Shown here in pieces: positions 1 to 13,321 of a stretch of 64,000 nt of DNA. A program made the position numbers and the translations under genes. The stretch spans positions 1,696,001 through 1,760,000 of the forward strand of contig OZ219787.1 in the NCBI GenBank assembly GCA_964291285.2, read 5' to 3'. Below the pieces are notes generated by a model, which was not told the DNA's origin, searched no databases, and was given only the letters and a program-made list of their open reading frames with translations. Within the stretch, counting starts at the first letter, position 1, and the number at the start of each line of letters is the position of its first letter. This DNA is from Alphaproteobacteria bacterium (GTDB lineage: Bacteria; Pseudomonadota; Alphaproteobacteria; Bin95).

Positions 1-1069
1 CGATCATGGTGAGGCGTTTGAAGTAGTGGCCGGCGGCGTATTCGTCGGTCATGCCGATGCCGCCGTGAAGCTGGATCGACTGCTGGCCGACGAAGCGGGC
101 CGACTTGCCGATCTGCACCTTGGCGGCAGACATGGCCTTCTTGCGGGCGTCCGCATCTTCCTCGTCGACGCGCATGGCCGCCATCATCGCCATCGACTTC
201 GCTTCCTCATGCGCGATGAACATGTCCACCATGCGGTGCTGGAGGACCTGGAAGCGCCCGATGGGCTGGCCGAACTGCTCGCGCGTCTTGAGGTATTCGA
301 GCGTCATCTCGTTCAGCGTGCCCATCAGGCCGACCGCCTCCGCCGACACCGCGGCAATGGCGCGGTCCACGACCTCCTCGACGGTGGCAAGCCCGCCGTC
401 CACTTCGCCGAGCACAGCGCCCGGTGTGCCGTCCAGCGTTACTTCGCCGGCCCGGAGGCCGTCAGCGGTCGGATAGCCGCGCACGGAGAGGCCGGGCGCA
501 TCCCTGTCCACCAGAAAGAGCGTGATGCCGTCCGCGTCGCGCGAGCCGCCCGCCGTGCGCGCCGACACGACGAACCGGTCGGCCGTCGGCGCGCCGAACA
601 CGACGCTCTTCATGCCGGAGAGCCTGTAGCCGCTATTGGCCGCCTCGGCACGGACCTCGACATCCTGGAGGTTGTAGCGGGCCTGGCGCTCGGCAAACGC
701 GAAGGCGAGCTTGCACTTGCCCTCCGCAACGGCCGGCAGGATTTCGGCCTTCTGCTCGTCAGACCCGGCAGCCGCAACCGCGCCGCCGCCCATGACCACG
801 GTGGAGAGATAGGGCTCCGCCACCAGCCCGTTGCCGATGGCCTCCATGACGACCATCGTCTCGACGCCGGACATGCCAAGGCCGCCATGCTCCTCCGGGA
901 AGGGGATGCCGAGCCAGCCGAGTTCGGCGAATTGCCGCCAGTGCCCGTCGGAATAGCCTTGTTCGGTGGCCACCAATTGGCGCCGCGCCTCGAAGCTGTA
1001 GTTCTCGCGCACGAAGCGCTGCACGCTCTCCTGCAGGAGCTGCTGGTCCTCGGAATAGTCGAAGTCCAT
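1..1069 (-). CDS. acyl-CoA dehydrogenase (PimD-like small subunit), runs off window edge
   Basis: Manual translation from ATG at 1069: MDFDYSEDQQLLQESVQRFVRENYSFEARRQ...LGWLGIPFPEEHGGLG...EPYLSTVV; follows a partner ACAD gene. Confidence 0.85.
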   Translation of the reverse strand, partial: MDFDYSEDQQLLQESVQRFVRENYSFEARRQLVATEQGYSDGHWRQFAELGWLGIPFPEEHGGLGMSGVETMVVMEAIGNGLVAEPYLSTVVMGGGAVAAAGSDEQKAEILPAVAEGKCKLAFAFAERQARYNLQDVEVRAEAANSGYRLSGMKSVVFGAPTADRFVVSARTAGGSRDADGITLFLVDRDAPGLSVRGYPTADGLRAGEVTLDGTPGAVLGEVDGGLATVEEVVDRAIAAVSAEAVGLMGTLNEMTLEYLKTREQFGQPIGRFQVLQHRMVDMFIAHEEAKSMAMMAAMRVDEEDADARKKAMSAAKVQIGKSARFVGQQSIQLHGGIGMTDEYAAGHYFKRLTMI

Positions 1070-1117
1070 GGCTTGTCCCTGTTCCTTCCCGTCCTCGGGT
1101 GCCGTCTCCGGAAACGC

Positions 1118-2287
1118 CTAAAGGCCGAGCACGGCCTTGGCGATGATATTGCGCTGGATCTCGTTCGAGCCGCCATAGATGGAGGCCTTGCGCCAGTCGA
1201 AGTAGAAGGCCGTGGCCCCGGCTGCCTCGCTCGAGCCGACCGGCGGCTCGTTCCAGCCCTGGGCGAGCGCGCGCTCGATGAAGGGATGCGCGAAATAACC
1301 CTGCGCCTCCATCAGCAGTTCCATCACGTCCTGCTGGATTTCGGTGCCGCGTATCTTGAGCAGCGAGGCTTCCGGTCCGATCTCGTCGTCGGCCTCCTTC
1401 GCCGCCACCATGCGCAGGAAGGACCAGCGCAGATCCTCCAGCGCGGCGCCCGTCTCCGCGATGCGGCGCGAGAACTCCGGGTCGCGCCCGTCGTCAATCT
1501 CCTCCAGCCGGTCGAGCCGCTGGCGGCACAGCCCGACGCCGGCCGTGCCGGAGCGCTCGTGCCCGAGCAGATATTTGGCGCAGGTCCACCCCTTGCCCTC
1601 GTCGTAAATGCGCTCGGAGACCGGCACGCGGACATCCTCGAAGATCACCTCGTTGAAGTCCGACATGCGGCTGAAACGCTCGATCGGGCGCACCGTCACT
1701 CCGGGCAGGCTCATGTCGATCAGCAGGACCGAGATGCCGTCCTGCTTCTTGCCGGAACTGTCGGTGCGCACCAGCGCGAAGCACCAGTCCGCCCAGTCGG
1801 CGTTGGTCGTCCAGATCTTGCGGCCGTTGACGATGTAGTGGTCGCCGTCGCGCACCGCCCGGCAGGCGAGCGAGGCCAGGTCCGAGCCGGAATTCGGCTC
1901 CGAATAGCCCTGGCACCAGATGGTCTCGCTGGAAAGGATACCCGGCAGGTGGCGTGCCTTTTGCTCCTCGGTGCCGAAGGCGAGCAGCACGGGACCCACC
2001 ATTTGCGGGCCGAAGGGCACCGGCCCCGGCGCACAGGCGAGGTAGCTTTCCTCCTCGAAGATGAACCTCTGCGACGCCGTCCAGCCCGGCCCGCCGGCGG
2101 CTTCCGGCCAGTTGGCGCACATCCAGCCGCGCTCGGAGACGGCGCGCATCCAGTCCACGACATCCTCGCGCGTGAGGTGGCTGCCGTCCCTTACCTTGTC
2201 GCGTACATCCTGCGGAAGCCGCTCCCGGATGAAGGCGCGCACCTCGTCGCGGAAGGCGCGGTCCCGGTCGGTTATTTCGATCTGCAT
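1118..2287 (-). CDS. acyl-CoA dehydrogenase (PimC-like)
   Basis: WCQGYSEPNSGSDLASL, NGRKIWTT, SIYGGSNEIQRNIIAK motifs. Confidence 0.92.
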   Translation of the reverse strand: MQIEITDRDRAFRDEVRAFIRERLPQDVRDKVRDGSHLTREDVVDWMRAVSERGWMCANWPEAAGGPGWTASQRFIFEEESYLACAPGPVPFGPQMVGPVLLAFGTEEQKARHLPGILSSETIWCQGYSEPNSGSDLASLACRAVRDGDHYIVNGRKIWTTNADWADWCFALVRTDSSGKKQDGISVLLIDMSLPGVTVRPIERFSRMSDFNEVIFEDVRVPVSERIYDEGKGWTCAKYLLGHERSGTAGVGLCRQRLDRLEEIDDGRDPEFSRRIAETGAALEDLRWSFLRMVAAKEADDEIGPEASLLKIRGTEIQQDVMELLMEAQGYFAHPFIERALAQGWNEPPVGSSEAAGATAFYFDWRKASIYGGSNEIQRNIIAKAVLGL

Positions 2288-2371
2288 GATCGTCCCTCCC
2301 TCACCCGAGTCGGAAGCTAGGGCCTGCGCCCCGCCAAGACAAGCGGCCGCGGCCTTCCACGACCTCGTCAG

Positions 2372-2713
2372 TCAGAACATCCGCCCGCCGTCGGGAACCG
2401 GGCGTTCGGGGGCGAGAAGCACCACCTCGCCGTCCTTGTCGGGGAAGCCCAGCACCAGCACTTCCGACATGAACTTGCCGATCTGCTTTGCCGGGAAATT
2501 GACCACGCCCGCCACCTGGCGGCCGACCAGCGCTTCCGGCGCATAGTGGGCCGTCAGCTGGGCGGAGGTCTTGCGCTCGCCGATCCCGGGGCCGAAATCG
2601 ACCCAGAGCTTGATCGAGGGCCGGCGCGCTTCGGGATAGGGCTCCGCGCGCGTGACGGTGCCGACCCGGATATCGATCTTCAGAAAATCCTCGAACGCTA
2701 TCGTCACCCTCAT
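2372..2713 (-). CDS. csaA: CsaA-like tRNA-binding/export chaperone protein
   Basis: FEDFLKIDIRVGTV...TSAQLTAHY...VVNFPAKQIGKFMSEVLVLG; start moved to ATG at 2713. Confidence 0.85.
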   Translation of the reverse strand: MRVTIAFEDFLKIDIRVGTVTRAEPYPEARRPSIKLWVDFGPGIGERKTSAQLTAHYAPEALVGRQVAGVVNFPAKQIGKFMSEVLVLGFPDKDGEVVLLAPERPVPDGGRMF

Positions 2714-2797
2714 TCCCCCCGCCCCGGAGCGGCGCGGACCATGGCGCAGGAGCGGCCCCGCCGCAAGATACCCGGCTGCGGGCATGCAGAACTGCCT

Positions 2798-2974
2798 TCA
2801 GGCGCCGTCTTCGGGCTCATCGAGGCGTTTGCCGTCGAGTTCCCGTTCGCGGCGCGGCGCATCCGGGTCCGGACGGGCTGCGCTCCGCTGAGCGCGCCGC
2901 TCCTTCGCCTTCCGTTTTCTGGACGCGCGGGCGGCGGCCTTGCGCGCCTTGTTCAGATTGACGATCTCCGCCAC
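2798..2974 (-). CDS. small DUF4169-like protein (58 aa, below ORF-track cutoff)
   Basis: GTG start, MAEIVNLNKARKAAARASRKRKAKERR...ELDGKRLDEPEDGA*; 'AEIVNL..ARK' is typical of this alphaproteobacterial family. Confidence 0.65.
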   Translation of the reverse strand: MAEIVNLNKARKAAARASRKRKAKERRAQRSAARPDPDAPRRERELDGKRLDEPEDGA

Positions 2975-3039
2975 CGGCTCGTCCGCTTCGTGTAGATTCC
3001 GGCAGTCGCCGGTCCGGACCCTATCACCGCGGGAGCCCG

Positions 3040-5835
3040 ATGCGCAGACTTTCCGTCATCGCGATCGCCGTTATGCTGGCCGCTGCCGGCCTTGCGGCCG
3101 TTGCGTGGCAGGGTCCGCGCGCTCTCGACTGGTCCCATCTGGAGCCGCGCCTCCAGGAAGCGCTGGGCCGGGAGGTTTCCCTGGACGGCCCGGTCCGGCT
3201 GGACCTGTTGCCAAGGCCCGTTCTGACGGTTGGCGGCATCTCCGCCATCGACATCGGCGTGAGGGAGGCGAGGGCGGTTCTGGATATCGGGGCTTTGCTG
3301 GCCGGCAGCCTTGAGATCGACAGGCTGGAGTTCTCCGGCGTCGAGCTGACCTTCGACCGGTCCTTCGTGAGGCCGCTGCCGCCGCTTCCCGCGCAGCACA
3401 TCCGTTTCGAGGACAGCAGCATCGCTTTCGGGGATGCGGTCGTGCCTGTCGAAACCGCGATATTGACGGTCAGGGGGCCGGAAGGCCCGTACCGGCTGGA
3501 AGCGAAAGCGGCGCTGGACGGCCGGCCTGTCGATGTCACGGGCTCGGTCGGGAAATGGCGGGACCGCACATCCGTTACCGTTTCTGTCGGCGATGGCGGC
3601 ATTGAGGCGGTCGCCGCCGGCGCGGTCGAGAAGAACCCGGCAGCAGGTTTTGTCTTCTCCGGGCGGTTCTCCCTGCGAGGAGCCGCCGGGTCGGCATGGA
3701 ACGGCACATTTGATTCTGAGTTCCTGCTCGGTCCCGACGGGGCCCGCTTCACGGGCATCGATGCCGTTGCCGCGGACCAGCGTTTCACCGGCGCGATTCG
3801 GGCAGACTGGCGGGGAGGTACCGAGATCGACGCGCGCCTCTTCACGCGTACGCTGCTTTTCGACAGGTGGCGCGACCTGCTGCCGCAACTCACCGGTTGG
3901 ACGCCGGGTGCGAGCCTGCGGCTGGCGCTCAATGCCGGCGCCGTCAAGTTCGGCGACCGGACGGCGCGAAAGGTCGAAGCGGCGTTTCAGGGCGACGCGG
4001 ACGGGTTCCGGATGGAACGCCTGGCCGCAGTGCTGCCGGGGGGAACGCGGGTGGAAATGGCGGGAAAGGGGCATCAGAGCGCCGCCTTCTCGCTGAAGAC
4101 GAGAAACCTGCGCGCCCTGCTGCAGTGGCTCGGGATCGACCCCGGCGCGGTGGAGGAAGCGCGCCTGCGCGGCCTGGAAGCGAATGGACGGTTGCGGCTC
4201 GCCGGACGCGGGGTCTCGCCGGAGGCGCTGCGGGCGCGGTTCGAAAGCGCCGATTTTGCGATCGAGGAGGTTCGCGGGCGTTTCGACGGCGCCCGGATTG
4301 AAGGCGGTTTCGGGCGGCGGGAGGGACAATTCGAAGCCCGGCTGGAAGCCGAAGACCTGCCGCTCGACGCCTACAGGCCGGCTTTGGAAGGCCGCGGCCT
4401 GTATCCGGGCAGGCTGCATCTGGACCTTGCGCGGACGCGGTTGCTCGGCGTTCCCGCAGCCAGGATGCAACTGGCCGCCGAAGCGGGAGAGGACGGAGAC
4501 ATCGTCCTGACCCGGCTGGCCGTCGAGGGCGCGGGCGGCGTCTCGGGCGAGGCGAGCGGCAGGTTCGGCGGTAAAACCGCTTCGTTTCAGGTCGCCGGCC
4601 GGACGACTGACCTCGACCGCAGCGCCCGTCTTTACGGCTTGCCGTTCCCTGTTGTCGCGAGAGGTCTGGGCGCTGTCGAATTCGAAGGCCGCGGCGACGG
4701 CCAGTCAGACCTGCTGCCGATAGACGTCCGCGCCGAGGCCGGCGGCCGGTCGCTGCGTCTCTCGGGCGAGCTCGCCGAACGGAGGCGCTTCGCGGGGCGC
4801 GTCGAGTTCGCAGGTCCGCTGCCGCCGCGTCTGCAGCCGCCGGGCAGCGACAGTCCCGCAATGGTGGCGGCGTCGGTGTCGGCCGGACGCGACCGCGCGG
4901 ATTTCACGGATATCGATATCCGTCTCGGCGCGGTTCGGGCGCAGGGAACCGGCTCCGTCTCGCTGGGCGGCGCGCGGCCGGCGGCGCAGGTCGCGCTGGC
5001 GGCGGGCCGCGTCGATTTGCCTGCGCCTTCCCCGAATGTCCCGGTCTGGCGGCGCAGGCCGTTCGAAACCGGCCGATTCGGGGCATTCGACCTGGAGCTG
5101 GACCTCGGGGTGGAAGCGCTCGGCATCGGCGCGGAGACACTGGAAGACGTGAGGCTCGACCTTTCGCTCTCCCCCGAGGCGTGGCTGGTGAAGGCTGCCA
5201 CAGCGGACTGGCGGGGCGGGCGGCTCGCATTCGACGGCGGCTATCTGGCCGAGGGCGGGCGCGCGGGGATCAGGCTGGAATTGCGCGACGCCCTCCTGCC
5301 GGACCGTGCCGGCCTTGGTCCGAGCGGCGCGCGGGCCGACGCGCTTCTGGATCTGGCAGCGGAAGGCCGCAGCCCGCATGGCCTCGTGTCGACGCTTTCA
5401 GGCAAGGCGCGGTTCGAATTTTCGGGCGGGCGGCTGAACGGCCTCGACCCGGCCGCGGCGCAGAGCGCGCTGGATGAAGCGCCGAGCGCGGCCGAACTCC
5501 TGCGCCGTCTGCGACGGGCGCTGGTTTCCGGAAGCGGACAACTTGTCTCCGGACGCCTCGAGGCCCGCATGGAGAGCGGCGTTGCCAGGCCCGTCGCAGG
5601 GAGCATTGCGCTTGCGGCCGGGCGGGTTGCGGTTTCCGGGTCTGCCGATCTGGGGCGCCGCCTTTTGGACCTCACCGGCCGGCTTGCCTTTCCGGACCGG
5701 CCGGATACGCCGCCGCTCGGGTTCTCGGTGGCCGGCCCGCTGCACGATCCCGACCGCCTGCCGGAAGTGGAGGGCGTCGAGGCGCTGCTGCTCTCCGAGG
5801 GGCTGGCGGGCCTCGTCAGACCGAACGCGAACTGA
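3040..5835 (+). CDS. AsmA-family membrane-bridge protein
   Basis: N-terminal TM anchor, LDWS..EPRLQEALGREVSLDGPVRLDLLPRP, C-terminal LVSTLSGKARFEFSGG...DLGRRLLD. Confidence 0.75.
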   Translation: MRRLSVIAIAVMLAAAGLAAVAWQGPRALDWSHLEPRLQEALGREVSLDGPVRLDLLPRPVLTVGGISAIDIGVREARAVLDIGALLAGSLEIDRLEFSGVELTFDRSFVRPLPPLPAQHIRFEDSSIAFGDAVVPVETAILTVRGPEGPYRLEAKAALDGRPVDVTGSVGKWRDRTSVTVSVGDGGIEAVAAGAVEKNPAAGFVFSGRFSLRGAAGSAWNGTFDSEFLLGPDGARFTGIDAVAADQRFTGAIRADWRGGTEIDARLFTRTLLFDRWRDLLPQLTGWTPGASLRLALNAGAVKFGDRTARKVEAAFQGDADGFRMERLAAVLPGGTRVEMAGKGHQSAAFSLKTRNLRALLQWLGIDPGAVEEARLRGLEANGRLRLAGRGVSPEALRARFESADFAIEEVRGRFDGARIEGGFGRREGQFEARLEAEDLPLDAYRPALEGRGLYPGRLHLDLARTRLLGVPAARMQLAAEAGEDGDIVLTRLAVEGAGGVSGEASGRFGGKTASFQVAGRTTDLDRSARLYGLPFPVVARGLGAVEFEGRGDGQSDLLPIDVRAEAGGRSLRLSGELAERRRFAGRVEFAGPLPPRLQPPGSDSPAMVAASVSAGRDRADFTDIDIRLGAVRAQGTGSVSLGGARPAAQVALAAGRVDLPAPSPNVPVWRRRPFETGRFGAFDLELDLGVEALGIGAETLEDVRLDLSLSPEAWLVKAATADWRGGRLAFDGGYLAEGGRAGIRLELRDALLPDRAGLGPSGARADALLDLAAEGRSPHGLVSTLSGKARFEFSGGRLNGLDPAAAQSALDEAPSAAELLRRLRRALVSGSGQLVSGRLEARMESGVARPVAGSIALAAGRVAVSGSADLGRRLLDLTGRLAFPDRPDTPPLGFSVAGPLHDPDRLPEVEGVEALLLSEGLAGLVRPNAN

Positions 5836-7033
5836 GCCGGACCGCGCGCATGCCTGCGGCCTGCAGGGCTTCCAGCACCTGGCCGACATGGGCCTCGTCG
5901 CGCGTTTCGAGCGCAACCTCGATGTCGGTCAGCTTGATCGGCACATCCTCGAACCAGCGCTGGTGCTGGACATCGACGATATTGCCGCCCGCGCTCGCGA
6001 TGGCCGCGGCGGCGCGGGCAAGCCCGCCGGGCTGGTCCTGTATCTCGATGCGCAGCCGGACGAGCCGTCCGCTCCGCACAAGGCCGCGCATCAACACGGA
6101 GGCGAGTATGCGCGCGTCGATATTGCCGCCCGAGACGACGAGGCCGACGCGCCGGCCGCGGAAACGCTCGGGATGGGAGAGCACCGCGGCGAGCGCCGCA
6201 GCTCCCGCGCCCTCCGCCACGGTCTTCTCGATTTCGGCGAGCAGTTGCACACCGTGCTCCATGGCCGCCTCGTCCACCAGCAGGATGTCCTCGACCAGCT
6301 CGCGCACCAGCGGCAGGGTGAGCGCGCCCGGCCGCTTGACGGCGATGCCTTCGGCGATGGTCGGGCCGCCCGGCGGCGCCGGCAGGTCCCTGAGCGCGTG
6401 GTGCATCGAGGGATAGCCGGACGCCTCGACGCCGATCACGCGGGTCTCCGGGCTGAGGCCCCTTGCAGCAATAGCAATGCCCGCGATGAGCCCGCCGCCG
6501 CCGATGGGCACAACAAGGAAGTCGAGGCCGGGCACGGCGCGCAGCATTTCGAGCCCCACCGTGCCCTGGCCCGCAACGATGCGCGCATCGTCATAGGGAT
6601 GCACGAAAGTGAGGCCCTCCGCCTCCGCACGCTCGTGAATGAACGTCTCGCCCTCGGCGATGGTCTCGCCTCTCAGGATCACTTCCGCACCGAGGAACTC
6701 CGCCGCCCGGACCTTGCTGAACGGCGTCGCCTCCGGCATCACGATGGTGGCCGGAACGCCCATCCGCGCGGCGTGGTAGGCGACGCCCTGGGCATGGTTG
6801 CCGGCAGAAAGCGCAATGACCCCCGCCCGGCGCTGGGCTTCGTCGAGCCCGGCGAGGTAGATAAAGGCTCCCCGGTCCTTGAAGGAGGCGGTGTATTGCC
6901 GGTTCTCGAATTTCAGGAACAGATCGGCCCCGGAAATCGCGCTCAGCGTTTCCGAACGGAGGAAGGGGGTGCGGACGATGCGTCCTTCCAGCAGGCGGTC
7001 GGCCGCTTCGATGTCTGCGAAGGAAACGCTCAT
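5816..7033 (-). CDS. ilvA: threonine ammonia-lyase with C-terminal ACT domain
   Basis: KFENRQYTASFKDRGA PLP lysine, SAGNHAQG, PIGGGGLI, SGGNID, ACT DQPGGL. Confidence 0.9.
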   Translation of the reverse strand: MSVSFADIEAADRLLEGRIVRTPFLRSETLSAISGADLFLKFENRQYTASFKDRGAFIYLAGLDEAQRRAGVIALSAGNHAQGVAYHAARMGVPATIVMPEATPFSKVRAAEFLGAEVILRGETIAEGETFIHERAEAEGLTFVHPYDDARIVAGQGTVGLEMLRAVPGLDFLVVPIGGGGLIAGIAIAARGLSPETRVIGVEASGYPSMHHALRDLPAPPGGPTIAEGIAVKRPGALTLPLVRELVEDILLVDEAAMEHGVQLLAEIEKTVAEGAGAAALAAVLSHPERFRGRRVGLVVSGGNIDARILASVLMRGLVRSGRLVRLRIEIQDQPGGLARAAAAIASAGGNIVDVQHQRWFEDVPIKLTDIEVALETRDEAHVGQVLEALQAAGMRAVRLSSRSV

Positions 7034-7379
7034 TCGGGCCGCAGAATCAGGTGATGGACCGGCGCCCGGGCCGGGTCAAGGGAGATATAAGCGCCGTCCC
7101 GCCAGAGTTCCACAAGATCGTCGTAATGCGGTGAGAACGGGTTGCCCGACTGGCCGACGGCCTGCATGAACCGGGACCTGTCAGGGTCTTCCAGGTCGTA
7201 TATGGCCCGGTAGCCTGCGCCGTGAGCATGGCGGAACGGGTCGCGTTCATCGCGGAAGCGCGAGCCGCCCCGGTTCACCGTCGTCGGCCCCCCGCTGGTC
7301 GCGATCTCGCGGTTCAGGAGGCCGCCCAACAGCGGAATACGCCCTGCGACCGGGTGCAAGAAGCGGGCGCGGTGCGCCT
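7030..7379 (-). pseudogene. penicillin acylase family gene, C-terminal fragment
   Basis: AHRARFLHP...GAGYRAIYDLEDPDRSRFMQAVGQSGNPFSPHYDDL; joins the 12048-13321 fragment in frame once the IS110 is removed (TGG GGA GAG GCG CAC = WGEAH). Confidence 0.9.
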
Positions 7380-7389
7380 TGTATCTCTC

Positions 7390-7454
7390 CGGATCGTTGT
7401 TGCAGCTATAGTCGCAACAGCGGGAGCGGACGGGAGACCGCTAGCACCCAGGTT
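7390..7454 (+). ncRNA. putative IS110 bridge RNA, 5' part (5' stem-loop and left half of target-binding loop)
   Basis: Hairpin cgttgttgc/gcaacagcg, then stem arm agcggacgggagacc complementary to ggttccccgtccgct at about 11022-11036. Confidence 0.75.
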
Positions 7455-9939
7455 CAGACTTCCTGACCTCGTGACGATGTTTGTTGCGGGCGGCGTTCTG
7501 GGAACTTTTTGAGTTCGGTTCATTTTTCGTCTGTTTCGGCTGATTTTCGCTGGCTGCCGTGTCCAGGTTCGGGTATTTTAATTTGACACTGGATACGAGA
7601 TTTCAACCATGTCGATTACCCTTCCCCTGAGCCCTCCGGAGGCGGTTCCGATCGGCAGCAGTTGTTTCGCCATTCTGATTTCGGACGACAGCTTCACCTA
7701 CTTCTCCAACCTCGTTCCCTTTGACAGCCACGCCGCCGATGACCGCGCGGCCATGCTGTTGCGGATCGGCCGCCTGGCTGCGATCAGCGCGGTCTCGCGG
7801 CAGGATCTGGCCGACGCTTTCGGTGTCTCGCGTGCAACGGTCCAGCGCGCACGACGGCGCTACCTGGCCGAGGGCGAAGCGGAGTTTCTGAAGCCCCGGC
7901 GCGGTCGGGGACCTTCGGTGTTCACGCCGGAGCTGGCGGAGAAAGCGACGGCGTTGCTGGAAGGGGGCCTGAGCGGCTCTGCGGTGGCCCGAGTTCTCGG
8001 CGTGTCAGCGCCGTCGGTCAACAAGTGGCGGCGGCAGGGGGTGATCGGCAACGCGGAGGCGTGTCGGGAGCGCGGCAGCGCGGCAGTGGCGGTGCCGCCT
8101 GACGCGGGTGGGGCGCCCGAGGGCAGTGTCGATGACGAGAGTGCCGGTGCCGCCGGGCCGGCGACGGCAGCGGGGCTGGAGGCGCAGACGGATCGCAGCG
8201 CGCGCGACCGGCGGGACCGGCAGGCGCCGATGGGGCGCGCGACTTGCGATGTCCGGGCTCGGGTGTTGGCCAGCTGCGGGCAGGCGGGACCGGTCGAACC
8301 GCAGTTCACCGCCGCCGCCCGCGGCGTGCGCTTTGGCGGCGTTCTCGCCGCCCTGCCGGCCCTGCTGAAGGAAGGCCTGCTCTGCGAGACCGGCCTCCTG
8401 CCGTTGCTGTCGAAGGGCTACTACGGCCTGCCCACGATCCTGCTCTTCCTGGCCTTCATGACCCTGGCGCGGGTGCGCAACCCCGAGAGCCTGCGCTACC
8501 AGGCACCGGGCGAATGGGGTGCGGTTCTCGGTCTCGACCGCTGCCCCGAGGTCAAGACGCTACGGCGCAAGATCGGGCTCATGGCCAACGACGAAGCCAG
8601 CGTGCAGGCGTGGCAGCTCGCTCTTGCGAGACGCTGGCAGGAGGAGGAGCCCGAGCTCTGGGCGACGCTGGCCGTTGACGGGCACGTCAAGGTCTACGCC
8701 GGCCGCAAGGGGCGCCTGCCCAAACACTTCGTCTCGCGCGAGAAGCTGTGCCTGCCGGCGAGCACCAGCTACTGGATCAACGCCTTGGGCGGCAAGCCCC
8801 TGCTGTGCCTGCACAAGCCGCTGGACCCGAAGATGGTCGCCGCGATCGAATCCGACGTGGTGCCGGCGTTGCAGGCGCTCGGGATCGTCGACGCCGGGGC
8901 AGCGGACCTGACCGCCGGGCAGCCCGGCCAGCCCGTGCTCACACTGGTCTTCGACCGCGAGGGCTGGAGCCCGGAGCTGTTTCGCCGGCTGGCCAGGCGC
9001 GGCATTGCCTGCCTGACCTGGCACAAGAACTTCAGGGGCGGGGACTGGCCGGCCGAGGACTTCAGTGCGATGATCGTTCCCATTCACGGACCCGCGGCGA
9101 ACGCCAGCGCCACCATGCTGCTGGCCGAGAAGCCGGTGACGTTGAAGAACGGCTTCAGGGTGCGCCAGATCCGCCGCCTGCTCGACAACGGCCGTCAGGT
9201 TCCGCTGGTCACCACCGATCCGCACAAGCCGGTGGCGGAGGCCGCAGGCGCCTTGTTCTCGCGCTGGTCGCAGGAAAACTTCTTCAAATACATGCGCGAC
9301 GAGTTCAATCTCGACGCCCTGCCGACCCACGAGATCGAGCCTCTCGCTGCCGATACCATGGTCGTCAGCCCGCTGCGGCGGGCCTACGACAAGGCAATCC
9401 GCCGCCTCGACCACCAGCTTGGCCGCCTGCGCAACCGCATCGCCGACGCCGCCCACAGGAAGCAGCCGACGGGCGAACTCAAGAGGGAACTCAGGGACCT
9501 CGAGGGCGGCCGTGAGATTGTCAGATCCAGCCGCAGGGAGGTGCCCACGCACTGCCGGGCCGGCGACCTCGACGAAGCCGGACAGCTCAATGCCTTGCCC
9601 TCACGCGAGCGCCTCCTACTCGACATCATCCGCATGATCGCCTACCGCGCTGAAACCCGCTTGATGCTTCCCGTCATGCAGGCGCAGGGCCACAAGCCCC
9701 ACCCACGGAAACTGCTTCAGGCACTCTTCACCGCCGATGCCGACATCCTGCCGGACCCTGCCAACGGCGTCCTGCGGGTCCGCATTCTCGGCCTCGCAAA
9801 TGACGCCTGCGACCGCCAGATCAAGCCTCTTCTGGCCGAACTCAACGCCACCGAAACGCACTTCCCCGGCAACCGTATGCGCATGGTCTACGAGGTCGGC
9901 ATAACCCCAAAATCCGCGCGCACCGGTGCCAAACAAAAT

Positions 9940-12032
<2,093 letters not shown>

Positions 12033-12047
12033 CCGACAACACAGTCG

Positions 12048-13321
12048 CTCTCCCCAAGGCGGGGTCTCGCTGCCGTAGCGGTTCTGGAGGAACGCAACGG
12101 CGCGGCGGTGCGCCAGCGCGAGCCGATCACGGCAGGTTTCCTTCGGTTTGGTGCGGACATCGTCGCACCAGGCGGGCCGGTCGAGCAGCGTTTGGCGGAG
12201 CACCAGCGGTCGGTACGCCCACCAGTCCTGGAACAGCGGCCCCAGCTCGTCTGCGAATACGGCGCGCATCGCCTCGCGCATCCAGGCCATGTAGATCAGC
12301 GGCTCCGGCCGGTGCCGGTCCATGTCGCCGTCCCAGGCCCGCAGGCGCATATCGGGAACCGCAGCCAGCAGGTGAGGCAGCAATTCGCGCGCCGACAGCG
12401 ACACCGTGTCGTTCTGTATCGCCGCATGGCCCGCTTGCGCATTGAGCAGTTCGTGAATCCTGATCGCGCGGTAGGGCGCATTCCATTCGCGGCCGAGATA
12501 GTAGGGATAGGTCTCGTCCACGAGGCGGTTATTGGCGTTGACGATGCGCCCGGAGCGGGGATCGGTCCGCCGCGGCAGCCGGTCGAAGGGGATGAGACGG
12601 GACCATGTCGTCTCCCCGGATACTTCGAAGCCGCCGCGCCGGTCCGGAACCCGCCCCGGCGTGACGATTCCGATGCGGCCGGTCCTGTCCGCATAGACGA
12701 TGTTCTGCTGCGGGGAGTGGAAATTGCGAAGGGCGGCAAGGAACCCCGGCCAGTCGCGCGCCCGGTTCAATCGGCCGAGAGCCTCGGCGGTCCGGTCGTC
12801 GTCGCGGAAAGCCGGGCTCTCGACCGCCCAGCCTTCGGGCAGCGCATCGGTGAAATCGGAGACGACCGCGCCCTTCCGGGTGCGGCGCAGTTCAAGTTCG
12901 ACGCTTTCGCCCCAGCGCACCGCCACCTCCTCGCGGCGGATCACGACCACCTCCGGTTGCGTGACGACATCCGCAGTGTCGGTGTAGGGCGTGGTCAGGC
13001 CCCAGGCGATGCTGCCATTGTGGCCGAGCACCATGAAGGGGACGCCCGGCGCCGTAGCGCCCGCCAGCACGCCTTCCGGCGTCTCGATACGCGCCAGATA
13101 CCAGGTGTTCGGGATCGTCAGGCCGAGATGCGGATCGTTGGCAAGCGCCGCCGGGTCGCCTACGGCCCAGACATTCGAGGCGCCGCTGCTGCCGAGGCCC
13201 GGCAGGGTCACGGGATCGTCCACCGAGGTGGGCGGCCACAGGTCTTTTATCTGCTCCGGCGTCAGCCGCTCCGCCATTTGCGCGCGCAGCGCCTCGGCCC
13301 GCCAATTGCCGATCAGCCTGA
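12048..13321 (-). pseudogene. penicillin acylase family gene, middle fragment
   Basis: GASNVWAV (Ntn Ser), ANDPHLGL, GHNGSIAWGLT, PQQNIVYADRTG, IVNANN. Confidence 0.92.

Noticed and set aside
26-2320. 764-aa plus-strand ORF and similar long ORFs (29021-30919, 33085-36405, 39622-42537, 46918-49116, 56468-59212, 61416-63977)
   Set aside because: Antisense or off-frame shadows of well-supported genes in high-GC DNA; no recognisable motifs.
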